A stretch of 64,000 bases of DNA. Source: an uncultured Clostridium sp. (GTDB lineage: Bacteria; Bacillota; Clostridia; Lachnospirales; Lachnospiraceae). Below are positions 39,712-50,888 of this stretch, one piece after another (the stretch's first letter is position 1; every line of letters starts with the position of its first letter). The stretch covers positions 4,839 to 68,838 of the forward strand of contig URNT01000011.1 in the NCBI GenBank assembly GCA_900549235.1, read 5' to 3'. The notes beneath the pieces were generated by a model. It made no database searches. It was not told where the DNA came from and saw only the letters and a program-made list of their open reading frames with translations. Both the position numbers and the translations under genes were made by a program.

Positions 39712-41082
39712 TCAGCCTATGAATTTAGAAGCATAACCCTGGATAAAGATACCCAGTACGATCAAAGGCAGGATATAGCTGACATAGATTCTTGCCCATG
39801 CCGGGAACTTAAGTCCCTGGCCCTCATTGGCCTCAGCCATGAAATTTTTAAAGCCCCATCCGTAACGGCTGGTACAGAATACAAGGTAGATCATGCTGCC
39901 GATGGGAAGCAGGTTGTTGCTGAGAATAAAATCCTCCAGATCCAGTATGGTGCTGCCTGCGCCCAGGGGCTGGAAGGAGCTCCAGGCATTGAAACCGAGC
40001 ACACAAGGCATGGAAAGAAGGATGATGGCGATCAGGTTATAGATAACCGCCTTCTTTATGCTGCAGCCGGTCAGATCCGTAGCAAAGGAAATGATGTTCT
40101 GGAACACCGCGATTACCGTGGACAGGGCCGCAAAGGACATAAATAAAAAGAACAGGGTGCCCCACAGCCGTCCGCCTGCCATGTGGTTAAATACATTAGG
40201 CAGAGTGATAAAGATCAGGGATGGGCCGGAGCCTGCCTCGATATTGTAGGCAAAGCAGGCCGGGAAAATAATAAGGCCGGCCATAAAAGCTACCATAGTG
40301 TCCAGAAGAGCCACACTGACTGCTTCTCCGGTCAGGCTTCGCTCTTTTCCGATATAGCTTCCGAAGATAGCCAGGGCGCCGATTCCGATGCTTAAGGTAA
40401 AGAAGGACTGTCCCATGGCTGCAAAGACAGCCTCACCGATCCCGGCTTCTTTCATTTTCCCAAAATCCGGTTTTAAATAGAACTCAAGGCCAGGACCGCC
40501 TCCCGGAAGCAGCAGGGAGTGGATCACCAGGACGATCATCAGCACCAGCAGGCACAGCATCATGGCCTTTGTAATGCGCTCCACACCGTTCTGGAAGCCC
40601 AGAGCGCAGATACCAAAGCACAGAACAACAGTAATAATCATAAATACTGTCATAAGCAGAGGATTTGCCAGCATATTGTTAAACTCACCGGCTACACCGG
40701 ATACGTCCAGACCGGTAAAATCCCCTTTCAGCATCTTGAAGAAATAGAGCAGAAGCCAGCCGCCTACTGTGGTATAAAACATCATCAGCAGGTAGTTTCC
40801 CGCCATGGCAATATATTTGTTCAGATGCCATTTGCTTCCCTTTGGTTCCAGCACATCAAAGGACAGGGCCGCGCTCTTGCGGCTTGCACGTCCTACGGAA
40901 AATTCCATTACAACGATCGGCAGTCCCAGGATCAGAAGAAATGCCAGATAGATCAGTACGAAGGCCGCGCCTCCGTATTCCCCTACAATGTAAGGGAAAC
41001 GCCATACATTTCCAAGGCCAATGGCACAGCCTGCAGAGATCAGGATGAAGCCAAGCCTGGAGGAGAACTTTTCACGTTCCAT
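39712..41082 (-). CDS. Sodium-dependent transporter (NSS/SNF family)
   Basis: GCAIGLGNVWRFPY, QSFFTLS, GPSLIFITLP. Confidence 0.92.
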   Translation of the reverse strand: MEREKFSSRLGFILISAGCAIGLGNVWRFPYIVGEYGGAAFVLIYLAFLLILGLPIVVMEFSVGRASRKSAALSFDVLEPKGSKWHLNKYIAMAGNYLLMMFYTTVGGWLLLYFFKMLKGDFTGLDVSGVAGEFNNMLANPLLMTVFMIITVVLCFGICALGFQNGVERITKAMMLCLLVLMIVLVIHSLLLPGGGPGLEFYLKPDFGKMKEAGIGEAVFAAMGQSFFTLSIGIGALAIFGSYIGKERSLTGEAVSVALLDTMVAFMAGLIIFPACFAYNIEAGSGPSLIFITLPNVFNHMAGGRLWGTLFFLFMSFAALSTVIAVFQNIISFATDLTGCSIKKAVIYNLIAIILLSMPCVLGFNAWSSFQPLGAGSTILDLEDFILSNNLLPIGSMIYLVFCTSRYGWGFKNFMAEANEGQGLKFPAWARIYVSYILPLIVLGIFIQGYASKFIG

Positions 41083-41364
41083 ATCATTACCCCCGCTCTT
41101 TTTATTTTTTCTCGAAGAAAGAGCCCTTATGGCGAAGGGCTCTTGACATTCTAGCATAAAAATGCAAATTTTTCAATCAATATCCAAAAAACCGAATTTT
41201 TTACGTAACAGTTCAGCCATGCGGCAATTTGTGCGAAAATGTGTGTTGCAAGCAGGCTTGCATAAGCATATTTTTGCACAAATTGACATAGGGCGGACGC
41301 CCAGAGCTTCTTGTTTTCATGCTTTTTGAAAACAAGAAGATGGTATGGCTAAACTATTACTTTT

Positions 41365-44300
41365 TTACAGATCAAACAGCGACAGCTGATTAGACTGGGG
41401 CAGATCCTTTAAAAGCCCCAGATCTGCCATCAGCCCGCAGATGGTGCCGTTTACCTTGGTCCTGCTGCTAAAGTCCTCTCTGGACAGGAAGGGGCCGTCC
41501 TTTACCGCGTCTACCACTGCCTCTGCCGCCTTTTCTCCCAGACCGTCGATGCTGCTTAAGGAGGGCATCAGCTTCCCGTCTATGATCTGGAAGTCACGGG
41601 CCTTGGCGCGGTAAATATCCAGAGGGATAAACTCAAAGCCTCTGGCATACATTTCCTGGACGATGCGCATATCCCTTAAGGTATCCTGCTCCTTCTTGGA
41701 AAGGGTGTCAATCCGCTTTTTATAGTCTGCCAGATAATACTCCAGCTTATCCCGGCCCTGGCACATGATCTCGTAGGAGAACGCGCTGGCGCGGATACTG
41801 AAAAAGGCAGCGTAATAGGCCAGAGGATAAAAGATCTTGCAGTAGGCAATACGCCAGGCCATCATAACATAGGCGGCGGCGTGGGCTTTGGGGAACATAT
41901 ATTTGATCTTCTTACAAGACCAGATATACCAGTCGGGCACATCATGGGCCTTCATCTCCTCCTCCCACTCAGGCTTTAATCCTTTGCCCTTACGCACGCT
42001 TTCCATGATGGTAAAGGAAAGGCCCTGCTCCAGACCTTTAAAGATCAGATAGATCATAATATCATCACGGGTGCAGATGGCCGTCTGGATGGTAGCCTTT
42101 CCCTCCTGGATCAGGGTCTGGGCATTTCCCAGCCACACATCCGTACCATGGGCCAGTCCGGCAATCCGCACCAGGTCGGAGAAATATTTTGGCTTAGTAT
42201 CAAGAAGCATCTGCATCGCGAAATCCGTACCAAACTCCGGCACTCCAAGGGCTCCCAGAGGACAGCCTCCGATGTCCTCCGGCGTGATCCCCAGCGCCTC
42301 GGTACTCTGGAACAGGCTCATGACCTCCTTGCTGTCAAGAGGAATGTCCTTAACCGGGTCAAGGCCTGTCAGATCCTGAAGCATACGGATCATAGTGGGA
42401 TCATCATGGCCCAGAATATCCAGCTTCAACAGATTGTGGTCAATGGAATGATAGTCAAAATGGGTAGTAATGGTGGAGGTGGTCATGTCGTTGGCCGGAT
42501 GCTGCACCGGCGTAAAGGAATAGATCTCTTCCCCCAGAGGAAGCACAATGATACCGCCTGGATGCTGTCCCGTAGTACGCCGCACACCTACGCAGCCCTG
42601 AACGATCCGGTTGATCTCGCAGTTCCGCTTCCTGGTGCCCCGTTCCTCATAATATTTTTTCACATAGCCAAAGGCGGTTTTATCAGCCAGAGTACCGATG
42701 GTTCCGGCCCGGAAGGTCTGCCCCTTTCCGAAGATAACCTCCGTATAATCATGGGCTTTGCTCTGGTACTCACCGGAGAAGTTAAGGTCAATATCCGGCT
42801 CCTTGTCTCCCTTAAAGCCCAGGAAGGTTTCAAAGGGGATGTCAAAGCCGTCCTTTTCCAGAGGGGTGCCGCAGACAGGGCACTCCTTGTCCGGCATATC
42901 ACAGCCTGCCATACCGGAAAAACCCCGGACCTCCTCTGAGTCAAAATCATAATAACGGCATTTTGGACAGTGATAATGAGGGCTTAAGGGATTGACCTCC
43001 GTAATACCGGACATGGTAGCCACAAAGGATGAGCCTACAGATCCTCTGGATCCAACCAGATACCCGTCCTCATTGGATTTCCACACCAGCTTCTGGGCAA
43101 TGATATACATAACGGCAAAACCATTTGTAATAATGGAATGAAGCTCCTTTTCCAGGCGGTCCACAACGATCTGAGGAAGATCCTCACCATACATCTCATG
43201 GGCCCTGTCATAACAGATCTTGGTAAGAGTCTTATCTGAATCAGGAATAACCGGCGGACACTTATCCGGGCGGACAGGTGAGATTTTTTCACACATATCC
43301 GCCACCTTTCTGGTGTTGGTGACCACTACCTCATAGCACTTATCCGGCCCAAGATACGAAAATTCCTCAAGCATTTCCTCTGTAGTCCTGAGATAAAGGG
43401 GCGCCTGATCGTCAGAATCCTTAAAGCCCTGCCCCGCCATAATGATCCGGCGGTACACTTCATCCTGAGGATCCAGAAAATGGACATCGCAGGTGGCGCA
43501 TACCAGCTTGTTAAACTGCGTTCCCAGCTCTACGATCTTTTTATTGATCTCAATCAAATCCTCATTGCTTTTTACTGTACTCTTTTCATCCCGGAGCATA
43601 AAGGCATTATTTCCCAGCGGCTGGATCTCCAGATAATCGTAAAAGTTCACCAGTCTGGCAATCTCCGCATCCGGCGCCCCTCTTAAAAGAGCCTGGTACA
43701 GCTCTCCTGCCTCACAGGCCGAGCCTATGATCAGGCCCTCCCGGTACTGGTCCAGGACGCTCTTGGGAATCCTGGGCCTTCTGGCGTAATACTCCAGATG
43801 GGACCAGCTGACCAGCCGGTACAGATTGATCCGGCCAATATCATTTTTCGCCAGAATAATCACATGATAGGTGGGAAGCTTACGTATGGTCTCCGTATCC
43901 ATGGCACTGAGGGCATTCAGTTGATCCAGATCCTCAATCTTCCGCTCCCGGAGCATTTTCACAAAGGCCGCAAAGATCTCTGCCGTAGCCCCGGCATCGT
44001 CCACAGCCCGGTGATGGTTTTCCAGAGAAATGTTCAGGGCCTTGGCAACGGTATCCAGCTTGTAGCGGTTTAAGCTTGGCAGAAGATGCCTTGCAAGAGC
44101 TACGGTATCGATTACCGTAGGGTCGAAAGGAAGACCCAGCTCCTCTGCGAAATGGCTGATAAAGCCTACATCAAAGCCTGCATTGTGGGCCACCAGCACT
44201 GCATCCCGGACAAAATCCAGAAACTGAGGCAGCACAATATCAATCTTGGGAGCGGACAGCACCATGGCATCATTGATGCCAGTGAGCTTTTCGATCTCAA

Positions 44301-45930
44301 AGGGAATAGGCACATCCGGGTTCACAAAGGCAGAAAAGCGGTCTGTAATCTTTCCGTCTGTTACCTTTACTGCGCCGATCTCTATGATCCGGTTCTTTTT
44401 GGGGCTGAAACCGGTGGTCTCTATATCGAACACTACGAAGGAATCAGAAAAGCTCTGTCCTCTGGGCTGCTCCACCAGCTGCTTGGTATCGTCTACCAGA
44501 TACCCCTCTACCCCATAGATCACCTTAAAGGAATCCCCTTTATCAAGGGCGTGGTTGGCATCAGGGAAGGCCTGGACACAACCATGGTCTGTTACAGCCA
44601 CTGCAGGCATCCCCCACTGCTTGGCCCGCTTGATTATGCTCTTTACCTCGGAAACGCCGTCCATATCGCTCATTTTCGTATGACAGTGGAGCTCCACCCG
44701 CTTTTCCAGGCTGGAGTCCATACGCTTGCTGGTAAAGTCCTCTGCCTTTTTTATCCCTACCACTGAGCCCAGGGTCAGCTCTCCGTCAAATTTGTCAATG
44801 GTTGTAACGCCCTTTACCCGGACGAAGATACCGGCCGAGATCACCGCCTTTACCTCATCAAAGATTTCAGGCCGGATAAACATCTTCACTGTGATCGTAT
44901 CGGTAAAATCTGTAATATCGAAGGTCAGGATAAACTTGCCGCTGCGAAGCTCCCTGTTCTCACAGGTCAGTATCTTTCCACGGAGAGTCACCTCACCGAT
45001 CTCTCCGTCAATCTTCTCGATCTCGATAAAATCGTCCTCAAAGTCACGGCCATACAGCACATCCGGGTTATTGGAACGCTTGGCGGCATATTTTTTCTCC
45101 TCCGCCGCCTCACGGCCCCAGCCGGCCTTGCGGCCCTTATTCAGCTGAGGCTTCTGTCCGGCCTTTCCGGAAGGCGTTGGAGCGCCGGCCGGTGCCGGCG
45201 AAATCTCTGCGCCCCCGGCATCACCTATATCCCCTGAGGCCGCCTGGGCCATAAGGGTATCCCAGGGCGCTCCCTCTGCCTGCCCTGCCTCCATAAAGAC
45301 TGGATCAGAGGCAGGCACGGGCACAGGAGCGGCTCCCTCCAGCTCATTTTTATGGTTCTGCCAGTAAACAGCCTGGGCCTCCTGCTCCATCCGACGCTCC
45401 AGCTGCTTTCTTCGCTCGCCTCCTGTAGGCGGGACATACTGGAAAGCCACCTCCACCGGAAGCCCGCAGCGTTCTGTAAACACCTTTTCAAGAACCCGCT
45501 TCAATTCCTTTGTCTTGTCCCTGTTTACCATGGTGTCTTCCACCGTAAGCACCATAAGGTCCTCTTTTTCAAAAGAAATATCAGCCTTACGGAACATGGT
45601 GTACTCCACAATGCTGTAATGCTTCAACTCCAACAGCAGGCTGTCCTTATACATCTTAAGGAGCTTTCCGGGGGTGTACTGCCCTGACAGGCGGAATTTC
45701 TCCTGGATCTTGATGGAAATCTGCTTGTCAGGAAAGAGCTGGTCCTTAATGCCCTTTTCCAGATCATAGATATTCTGCTTGTGGATCAGTCTCGGACTTC
45801 TTATATAAATGCGGATAGAGCTTCTATCCCTGGCTGAGGCTACCTTTTCCACCTCAGTCAGATTTAAAAGCTCTTTTAACGGTTCTGCTATATTTAATGT
45901 TGGAAATACTTCCAGAAATTTTTTTCCCAT
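41365..45930 (-). CDS. polC: DNA polymerase III PolC-type
   Basis: ELHCHTKMS PHP, FDIETTG exonuclease, GSRGSVGSS, EPDIDLNF. Confidence 0.97.
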   Translation of the reverse strand: MGKKFLEVFPTLNIAEPLKELLNLTEVEKVASARDRSSIRIYIRSPRLIHKQNIYDLEKGIKDQLFPDKQISIKIQEKFRLSGQYTPGKLLKMYKDSLLLELKHYSIVEYTMFRKADISFEKEDLMVLTVEDTMVNRDKTKELKRVLEKVFTERCGLPVEVAFQYVPPTGGERRKQLERRMEQEAQAVYWQNHKNELEGAAPVPVPASDPVFMEAGQAEGAPWDTLMAQAASGDIGDAGGAEISPAPAGAPTPSGKAGQKPQLNKGRKAGWGREAAEEKKYAAKRSNNPDVLYGRDFEDDFIEIEKIDGEIGEVTLRGKILTCENRELRSGKFILTFDITDFTDTITVKMFIRPEIFDEVKAVISAGIFVRVKGVTTIDKFDGELTLGSVVGIKKAEDFTSKRMDSSLEKRVELHCHTKMSDMDGVSEVKSIIKRAKQWGMPAVAVTDHGCVQAFPDANHALDKGDSFKVIYGVEGYLVDDTKQLVEQPRGQSFSDSFVVFDIETTGFSPKKNRIIEIGAVKVTDGKITDRFSAFVNPDVPIPFEIEKLTGINDAMVLSAPKIDIVLPQFLDFVRDAVLVAHNAGFDVGFISHFAEELGLPFDPTVIDTVALARHLLPSLNRYKLDTVAKALNISLENHHRAVDDAGATAEIFAAFVKMLRERKIEDLDQLNALSAMDTETIRKLPTYHVIILAKNDIGRINLYRLVSWSHLEYYARRPRIPKSVLDQYREGLIIGSACEAGELYQALLRGAPDAEIARLVNFYDYLEIQPLGNNAFMLRDEKSTVKSNEDLIEINKKIVELGTQFNKLVCATCDVHFLDPQDEVYRRIIMAGQGFKDSDDQAPLYLRTTEEMLEEFSYLGPDKCYEVVVTNTRKVADMCEKISPVRPDKCPPVIPDSDKTLTKICYDRAHEMYGEDLPQIVVDRLEKELHSIITNGFAVMYIIAQKLVWKSNEDGYLVGSRGSVGSSFVATMSGITEVNPLSPHYHCPKCRYYDFDSEEVRGFSGMAGCDMPDKECPVCGTPLEKDGFDIPFETFLGFKGDKEPDIDLNFSGEYQSKAHDYTEVIFGKGQTFRAGTIGTLADKTAFGYVKKYYEERGTRKRNCEINRIVQGCVGVRRTTGQHPGGIIVLPLGEEIYSFTPVQHPANDMTTSTITTHFDYHSIDHNLLKLDILGHDDPTMIRMLQDLTGLDPVKDIPLDSKEVMSLFQSTEALGITPEDIGGCPLGALGVPEFGTDFAMQMLLDTKPKYFSDLVRIAGLAHGTDVWLGNAQTLIQEGKATIQTAICTRDDIMIYLIFKGLEQGLSFTIMESVRKGKGLKPEWEEEMKAHDVPDWYIWSCKKIKYMFPKAHAAAYVMMAWRIAYCKIFYPLAYYAAFFSIRASAFSYEIMCQGRDKLEYYLADYKKRIDTLSKKEQDTLRDMRIVQEMYARGFEFIPLDIYRAKARDFQIIDGKLMPSLSSIDGLGEKAAEAVVDAVKDGPFLSREDFSSRTKVNGTICGLMADLGLLKDLPQSNQLSLFDL

Positions 45931-45944
45931 ATATGGATCCTGTT

Positions 45945-47021
45945 CTATCTGTTTTTCCTTTTCTCTGCTGCCATGGCAGTCAGCTCCTGATAAAGAGCAG
46001 ACAAAAGCTCATCCTCCGGCACCTTGCGGATAATCTCGCCTCTGCGGATCAGAAGTCCCTCTCCCACTCCGCCTGCGATCCCTATATCCGCCTCTCTGGC
46101 CTCGCCTGGCCCGTTGACCACGCAGCCCATCACAGCCACCTTGGCATCCAGATCCTCAAATTCCGTTACCATAGTCTCCACCTGGTTTGCCAGGCTGATC
46201 AGATCGATCCGGGTACGTCCGCAGGTGGGGCAGGACACCACCTCGATGCCGCCCTTTCTCAGTCCCAGGGTACGCAGGATCAGCTTTGCGCTCTTTACCT
46301 CCTCCACCGGATTGCCGGTCAGGGATACGCGGATGGTATCGCCGATGCCCTGATACAGGATAATTCCAAGGCCTACAGAGGACTTGATATTTCCGGACAG
46401 GTAGGTGCCCGCTTCGGTAATGCCTACATGAAGGGGATGGTCTGTTTTCCTGGCGATCAGCTCATGGGCGCGGACGCACATCTGCACGTCAGAGGACTTG
46501 ATGCTGATCACCAGATTATCATAGCCCATCTCCTCAATAAGAGCCGTCTTTTCCAGAGCGCTTTCCACAATCCCCTCAGCCGTAACACCGCCGTATTTCT
46601 CGGTGAGATGCTTTTCCAGGGAGCCGCTGTTTACGCCCACCCGGATGGGGATATTATATTCCCTGGCCTTATCCACCACCGCCTGGACCCGGTCTCTGGA
46701 TCCGATATTTCCCGGATTGATCCGGATCTTGTCGGCCCCGTTTTCAATGGCCGCAATGGCCAGACGGTAATCAAAATGTATATCCGCCACCAGAGGGATA
46801 TGGATCCCCTCCTTGATCTGCTTTATGGCCCTTGCCGCCTCCATATCCGGCACCGCCACACGGATGATCTCGCAGCCCGCCTTCTCAAGACGCAGGATCT
46901 GGGAAATGGTAGCCTCCGCATCCTGGGTTTTTGTATTGCACATGGACTGGATCAGGACGGGATTTCCGCCGCCGATGACCCTGTTTCCTATCTTCACTGT
47001 CTTTGTATGCTCCCGGAACAT
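45945..47021 (-). CDS. ispG: HMBPP synthase
   Basis: ADIHF, RINPGN, CPTCGR, MGCVVNGPGE. Confidence 0.96.
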   Translation of the reverse strand: MFREHTKTVKIGNRVIGGGNPVLIQSMCNTKTQDAEATISQILRLEKAGCEIIRVAVPDMEAARAIKQIKEGIHIPLVADIHFDYRLAIAAIENGADKIRINPGNIGSRDRVQAVVDKAREYNIPIRVGVNSGSLEKHLTEKYGGVTAEGIVESALEKTALIEEMGYDNLVISIKSSDVQMCVRAHELIARKTDHPLHVGITEAGTYLSGNIKSSVGLGIILYQGIGDTIRVSLTGNPVEEVKSAKLILRTLGLRKGGIEVVSCPTCGRTRIDLISLANQVETMVTEFEDLDAKVAVMGCVVNGPGEAREADIGIAGGVGEGLLIRRGEIIRKVPEDELLSALYQELTAMAAEKRKNR

Positions 47022-47032
47022 CTCTATGCCTC

Positions 47033-48085
47033 CTACCAAAAAAGCTTTCGTATATCATTAAACAGGATAAGTACCATAAGAGCCAGCAAAAACGCCATAC
47101 CGGCCATATGGACCATCCCTTCCTTTTCCTTGTCAATGGGCTTTCCACGCACTGCCTCGATCAGAAGGAATACCAGCCGCCCGCCGTCCAGAGCCGGAAT
47201 GGGCAGAAGGTTCATCACTCCCAGGTTGGCGCTTAAAAGAACGCTGAAGCTTGCCAGCATAAGAGCCACCGCCCCGCCGCCGTAAGGCGCCACCTCATCT
47301 ACGGTACTGTCAATGGCCGTTACAATACCTACCGGGCCGCTGATGTCATTAACCGACACATAGCCGTGGAACATCATATAAAGGCTGTCGAATACATAAC
47401 GGATCTGATACCGCACCTCATAAAAGGCTTCTCTCAGAAGCTCCAGGGGGCCTGTGATCTTCTTTGGACTGGCGTCAAATACCACTCCCATCAGATACCG
47501 GTCCCCATTTTCAGATGCCACCGGCTCCAGTTCAGCCTTCATGGTCTGCACCGTACCGTCCTCTGCCGTCCGCTTCCAGCTAACCGTCAGCTCCTGGCCC
47601 GGATGGGTAAACAGATAGGTGGTTGCTTCATAATAAGAATGGATGCTTCTGCCGTTGATCTTTGTGATCACATCTCCGGCCAGCATCCCCGCCTTCTGGG
47701 CAGGATACCCCTCCTGCACCTCCCGTATCTGGGAAGTGGTATAGCCGGAAGGGATCAGCATAGCAGCCGCCAGCACAAATGCCAAAAGGAAGTTAAAAAC
47801 AGGCCCTGCGGCCACAACCGAAATCCTGGCCCATACCGGTTTATTGTTAAATGCGTGCTCATCCTCTTCGTTTTCATCCTCGCCCAGCATCATGCAGGAG
47901 CCTCCGAAGGGAAGGATCTTCACCGAATACCGTGTACCCCCCTTTTCTACACTGAAAAGCCTGGGCCCCATACCAAGTGAAAATTCGATCACACCGATCC
48001 CGTTCAGCTTGGCAAACAGAAAATGCCCGAACTCATGGATCGTAATGATGGCCCCCAATACCAGTACCGCTAAGATCATGTTCAT
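47033..48085 (-). CDS. rseP: RIP metalloprotease RseP
   Basis: HEFGH, PDZ domain, NLLPIPALDGG. Confidence 0.95.
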   Translation of the reverse strand: MNMILAVLVLGAIITIHEFGHFLFAKLNGIGVIEFSLGMGPRLFSVEKGGTRYSVKILPFGGSCMMLGEDENEEDEHAFNNKPVWARISVVAAGPVFNFLLAFVLAAAMLIPSGYTTSQIREVQEGYPAQKAGMLAGDVITKINGRSIHSYYEATTYLFTHPGQELTVSWKRTAEDGTVQTMKAELEPVASENGDRYLMGVVFDASPKKITGPLELLREAFYEVRYQIRYVFDSLYMMFHGYVSVNDISGPVGIVTAIDSTVDEVAPYGGGAVALMLASFSVLLSANLGVMNLLPIPALDGGRLVFLLIEAVRGKPIDKEKEGMVHMAGMAFLLALMVLILFNDIRKLFW

Positions 48086-48106
48086 TCAGTTGTCACCTTT
48101 CTTATA

Positions 48107-49252
48107 TTATACTCTGCTGCGGATATATTCGTAGGCCTCCCTCTCCGCCTCAAGGATCGTCTCTACATCCGGATCCTCCTTCACCTTGTGGGCCTCCATA
48201 GCCCCCTGGATCAGGTCGGTAATGGTCAGGTAGCCGATCTTTTTATCTAAAAACAGGCTGACTGCCAGCTCATTGGCCGCGTTGAATACGGTGGGAAGGC
48301 TCCCTCCTCTGCGTCCCGCCTCATAGGCCAGGGAAAGCCCCCGGAAATTTTCCAGATCCGGCACATCAAAGGTAATCTCCCCAAGCTTCGTAAAATCCAG
48401 ACGGTCTCCCGGAAGAAAGCGGCGCTCCGGATAATACAGGGCGTACTGGATCGGCAGCTTCATATCTGGCGTACCTAACTGGGCGATTACAGCTCCGTCC
48501 TCATATTCTACCATGGAATGGATCACGCTGGCCGGCTGGATTACCACCTGGATCTGATCCATATCCACGTCAAACAGCCATCTGGCCTCCATTACCTCCA
48601 GCCCCTTATTCACCATAGTAGAGGAATCAATGGTGATTTTCCGGCCCATGGTCCAGTTGGGATGCTTCAGCGCATCCTCCGGCTGTACACCGGCCATCTG
48701 CTCCCTGGTCCAGCCTCTGAAAGGCCCGCCGGAGGCGGTGAGAAGGATCTTGTGGATAGGATTTCCCGCTGCACCCTGAATGCTCTGGAAAATGGCGGAG
48801 TGCTCCGAATCTACAGGAAGAATCCGCACTCCCATCCTCTTTGCCAGAGGCATGATGATATGCCCCGCCGTCACCAGAGTTTCCTTATTTGCCAGGGCAA
48901 TATCCTTTCCGGCCTCCATGGCCGCGATGGTGGGGCGGATACCGATCATGCCTACTACTGCTGTTACCACCAGCTCTGCCTCCTCACAGACAGCCGCCTC
49001 GATGAGGCCTTCCATCCCCCACAGGATCTTTACCTCCAGATCGGCCACCGCCCGTTTAAGCTCCATGGCCTTTTCATAGGTCCAGACGCAGACCAGCCTT
49101 GGTCTGAACTCACGGATCTGCTGCTCCAGCAGAGTGATATTTCCCCCAGCCGCCAGAGCCGCCACCTGGATGTCCTTATTGTATCTTACGATTTCCAGCG
49201 TCTGGGTGCCGATGGAGCCGGTAGAGCCCAGAACCGAGATTCGTTTCATCAT
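48107..49252 (-). CDS. dxr: 1-deoxy-D-xylulose-5-phosphate reductoisomerase
   Basis: GSTGSIG, LANKE, PVDSEH, HPNW, NKGLE. Confidence 0.97.
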   Translation of the reverse strand: MMKRISVLGSTGSIGTQTLEIVRYNKDIQVAALAAGGNITLLEQQIREFRPRLVCVWTYEKAMELKRAVADLEVKILWGMEGLIEAAVCEEAELVVTAVVGMIGIRPTIAAMEAGKDIALANKETLVTAGHIIMPLAKRMGVRILPVDSEHSAIFQSIQGAAGNPIHKILLTASGGPFRGWTREQMAGVQPEDALKHPNWTMGRKITIDSSTMVNKGLEVMEARWLFDVDMDQIQVVIQPASVIHSMVEYEDGAVIAQLGTPDMKLPIQYALYYPERRFLPGDRLDFTKLGEITFDVPDLENFRGLSLAYEAGRRGGSLPTVFNAANELAVSLFLDKKIGYLTITDLIQGAMEAHKVKEDPDVETILEAEREAYEYIRSRV

Positions 49253-49270
49253 AGTTTATCATTCTCCCTG

Positions 49271-50071
49271 CTATTTTAAAAATGTCAGCGCAAAATAAAT
49301 AGCCGGCGCCGTAAAGATCATACTGTCAAACCGGTCCAGGATCCCTCCGTGGCCGGGAATCAGATGGCCGTAATCCTTGATATTATGGTTTCTCTTAATG
49401 GCTGAGGCCGCCAGATCGCCGATCTGTGAGATCACAGCCGCGATCCCGCAGGCAATAACGCAGGCCGCTTTCGGATTCATAAGCTCATTCATATGGCCGC
49501 CGAACACCCAGCCAAAGAGCAGGCCCAAAAGAGCTGCCCCAAGGGTGCCTCCCACCGCTCCCTCGATGGATTTTTTCGGGCTCAGCACCGGAGCCAGCTT
49601 GTGCTTTCCAAGAAGCATACCGCTGCAGTAGGCACAGGTGTCACACCCCCAGGAGCTTATAAAGATCAGCCACACAAGGTAAGCTCCGTCTGCCATCTCT
49701 CTCGTTTCATAAAGGAAGGACAGCATCACCGGAACGTAGCATACACCGAAAAATGCCCCTGTAATCTCCTCTGTCCTGTACTTTGGAAATGTAAACACAT
49801 ACAGCGCCATCAGAACCATCAGCGAAGCGATGATCATCAGGTTTAAATAACCTTCTCCCTCAAACAGCAGGATGCCATAGTAAGAAAGCGCCGTGGCATA
49901 TCCTACAAAAGCAATGGACCTGCGGTGGATGCCGAGAACACGGTACAGTTCAAACAGCCCGATGATAGAGATCAGTGCTGTGACGGCAAAGAGCAGAAGC
50001 CCGCCCCGTCCCACAACCAGTACGGCCAGAAGCACCAGTATGATCCCGCTGATCAGTCGAGTCGTAAACAT
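49271..50071 (-). CDS. cdsA: Phosphatidate cytidylyltransferase
   Basis: SPKKSIEG, KDYGHLIPGHGGILDRFDS. Confidence 0.95.
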   Translation of the reverse strand: MFTTRLISGIILVLLAVLVVGRGGLLLFAVTALISIIGLFELYRVLGIHRRSIAFVGYATALSYYGILLFEGEGYLNLMIIASLMVLMALYVFTFPKYRTEEITGAFFGVCYVPVMLSFLYETREMADGAYLVWLIFISSWGCDTCAYCSGMLLGKHKLAPVLSPKKSIEGAVGGTLGAALLGLLFGWVFGGHMNELMNPKAACVIACGIAAVISQIGDLAASAIKRNHNIKDYGHLIPGHGGILDRFDSMIFTAPAIYFALTFLK

Positions 50072-50087
50072 GGCCTTCTCCTTTCTC

Positions 50088-50807
50088 CTACTTCACCCCG
50101 CCAAACCGCCGGTCTCTTTTATTATACTGCACAATGGCCTGTTCTAATTCGTCCCTGTTGAAATCAGGCCACAGACAGTCGGTTACGTAGATCTCTGTAT
50201 AAGCCAGCTGCCATAAAAGATAATTGGACAGGCGCAGCTCGCCGCTGGTACGGATCAAAAGATCTGGATCCGGGATCCCTGCCGTATCCAGATAGGAGGC
50301 GATGGTTCCCTCGTCTATGGAGTCTGGATCCAGCACTCCCGCGGCCGCATCCTTTGAGAGCCTTGTCACTGCTCTGCGGATTTCATCCCTGCCGCCGTAG
50401 TTTACCGCGATCACAAAGGTCATGCCTGTATTGTCCTTCGTATCTTCCTCCAGCCGGTTGATCCCTTCTATAATATCTCTGGCAAAGCGGTACCGGTCGC
50501 CGATCATCTTCACCCGTACATTGTTATCAGCCGCCACCTTTAAGAGGCGCACCATATAGTGACGGAACAGCTGCATCAGAGCGCCTACCTCATCTTCTGA
50601 GCGCTTCCAGTTTTCTGTGGAGAATCCGTATACGGTCAGGTAGCTGATACCCATCCTGGCCGTCTCCTCTACGATCCTTTCCAAAGTGATACATCCCTCA
50701 CGGTGTCCCATGGTACGGGGAAGTCCCCGCTTTTTTGCCCAGCGGCCATTGCCGTCCAGGATCAGGGCCACATGCCGGGGGATCACCATATTTTTATCTA
50801 ATGCCAT
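50088..50807 (-). CDS. uppS: Undecaprenyl diphosphate synthase
   Basis: DGNGRWA, FSTENW, RTSGE...SNYLLWQ. Confidence 0.96.
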   Translation of the reverse strand: MALDKNMVIPRHVALILDGNGRWAKKRGLPRTMGHREGCITLERIVEETARMGISYLTVYGFSTENWKRSEDEVGALMQLFRHYMVRLLKVAADNNVRVKMIGDRYRFARDIIEGINRLEEDTKDNTGMTFVIAVNYGGRDEIRRAVTRLSKDAAAGVLDPDSIDEGTIASYLDTAGIPDPDLLIRTSGELRLSNYLLWQLAYTEIYVTDCLWPDFNRDELEQAIVQYNKRDRRFGGVK

Positions 50808-50888
50808 AAACCTCCGCCTTTCTCTCATGCTTGGAATCATACATAATAAGAGGCAGGTGTCTCTCCTGCCCCTGTTTCGTAGAACAGA

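Noticed and set aside
45100..45340. Ala/Pro/Gly-rich stretch in PolC as a possible intein
   Set aside because: No intein splice motifs; it is a low-complexity linker before the OB domain
45897..47285. 462-aa plus-strand ORF
   Set aside because: Antisense shadow of ispG/rseP with no recognisable domain; expected from GC-rich codon bias
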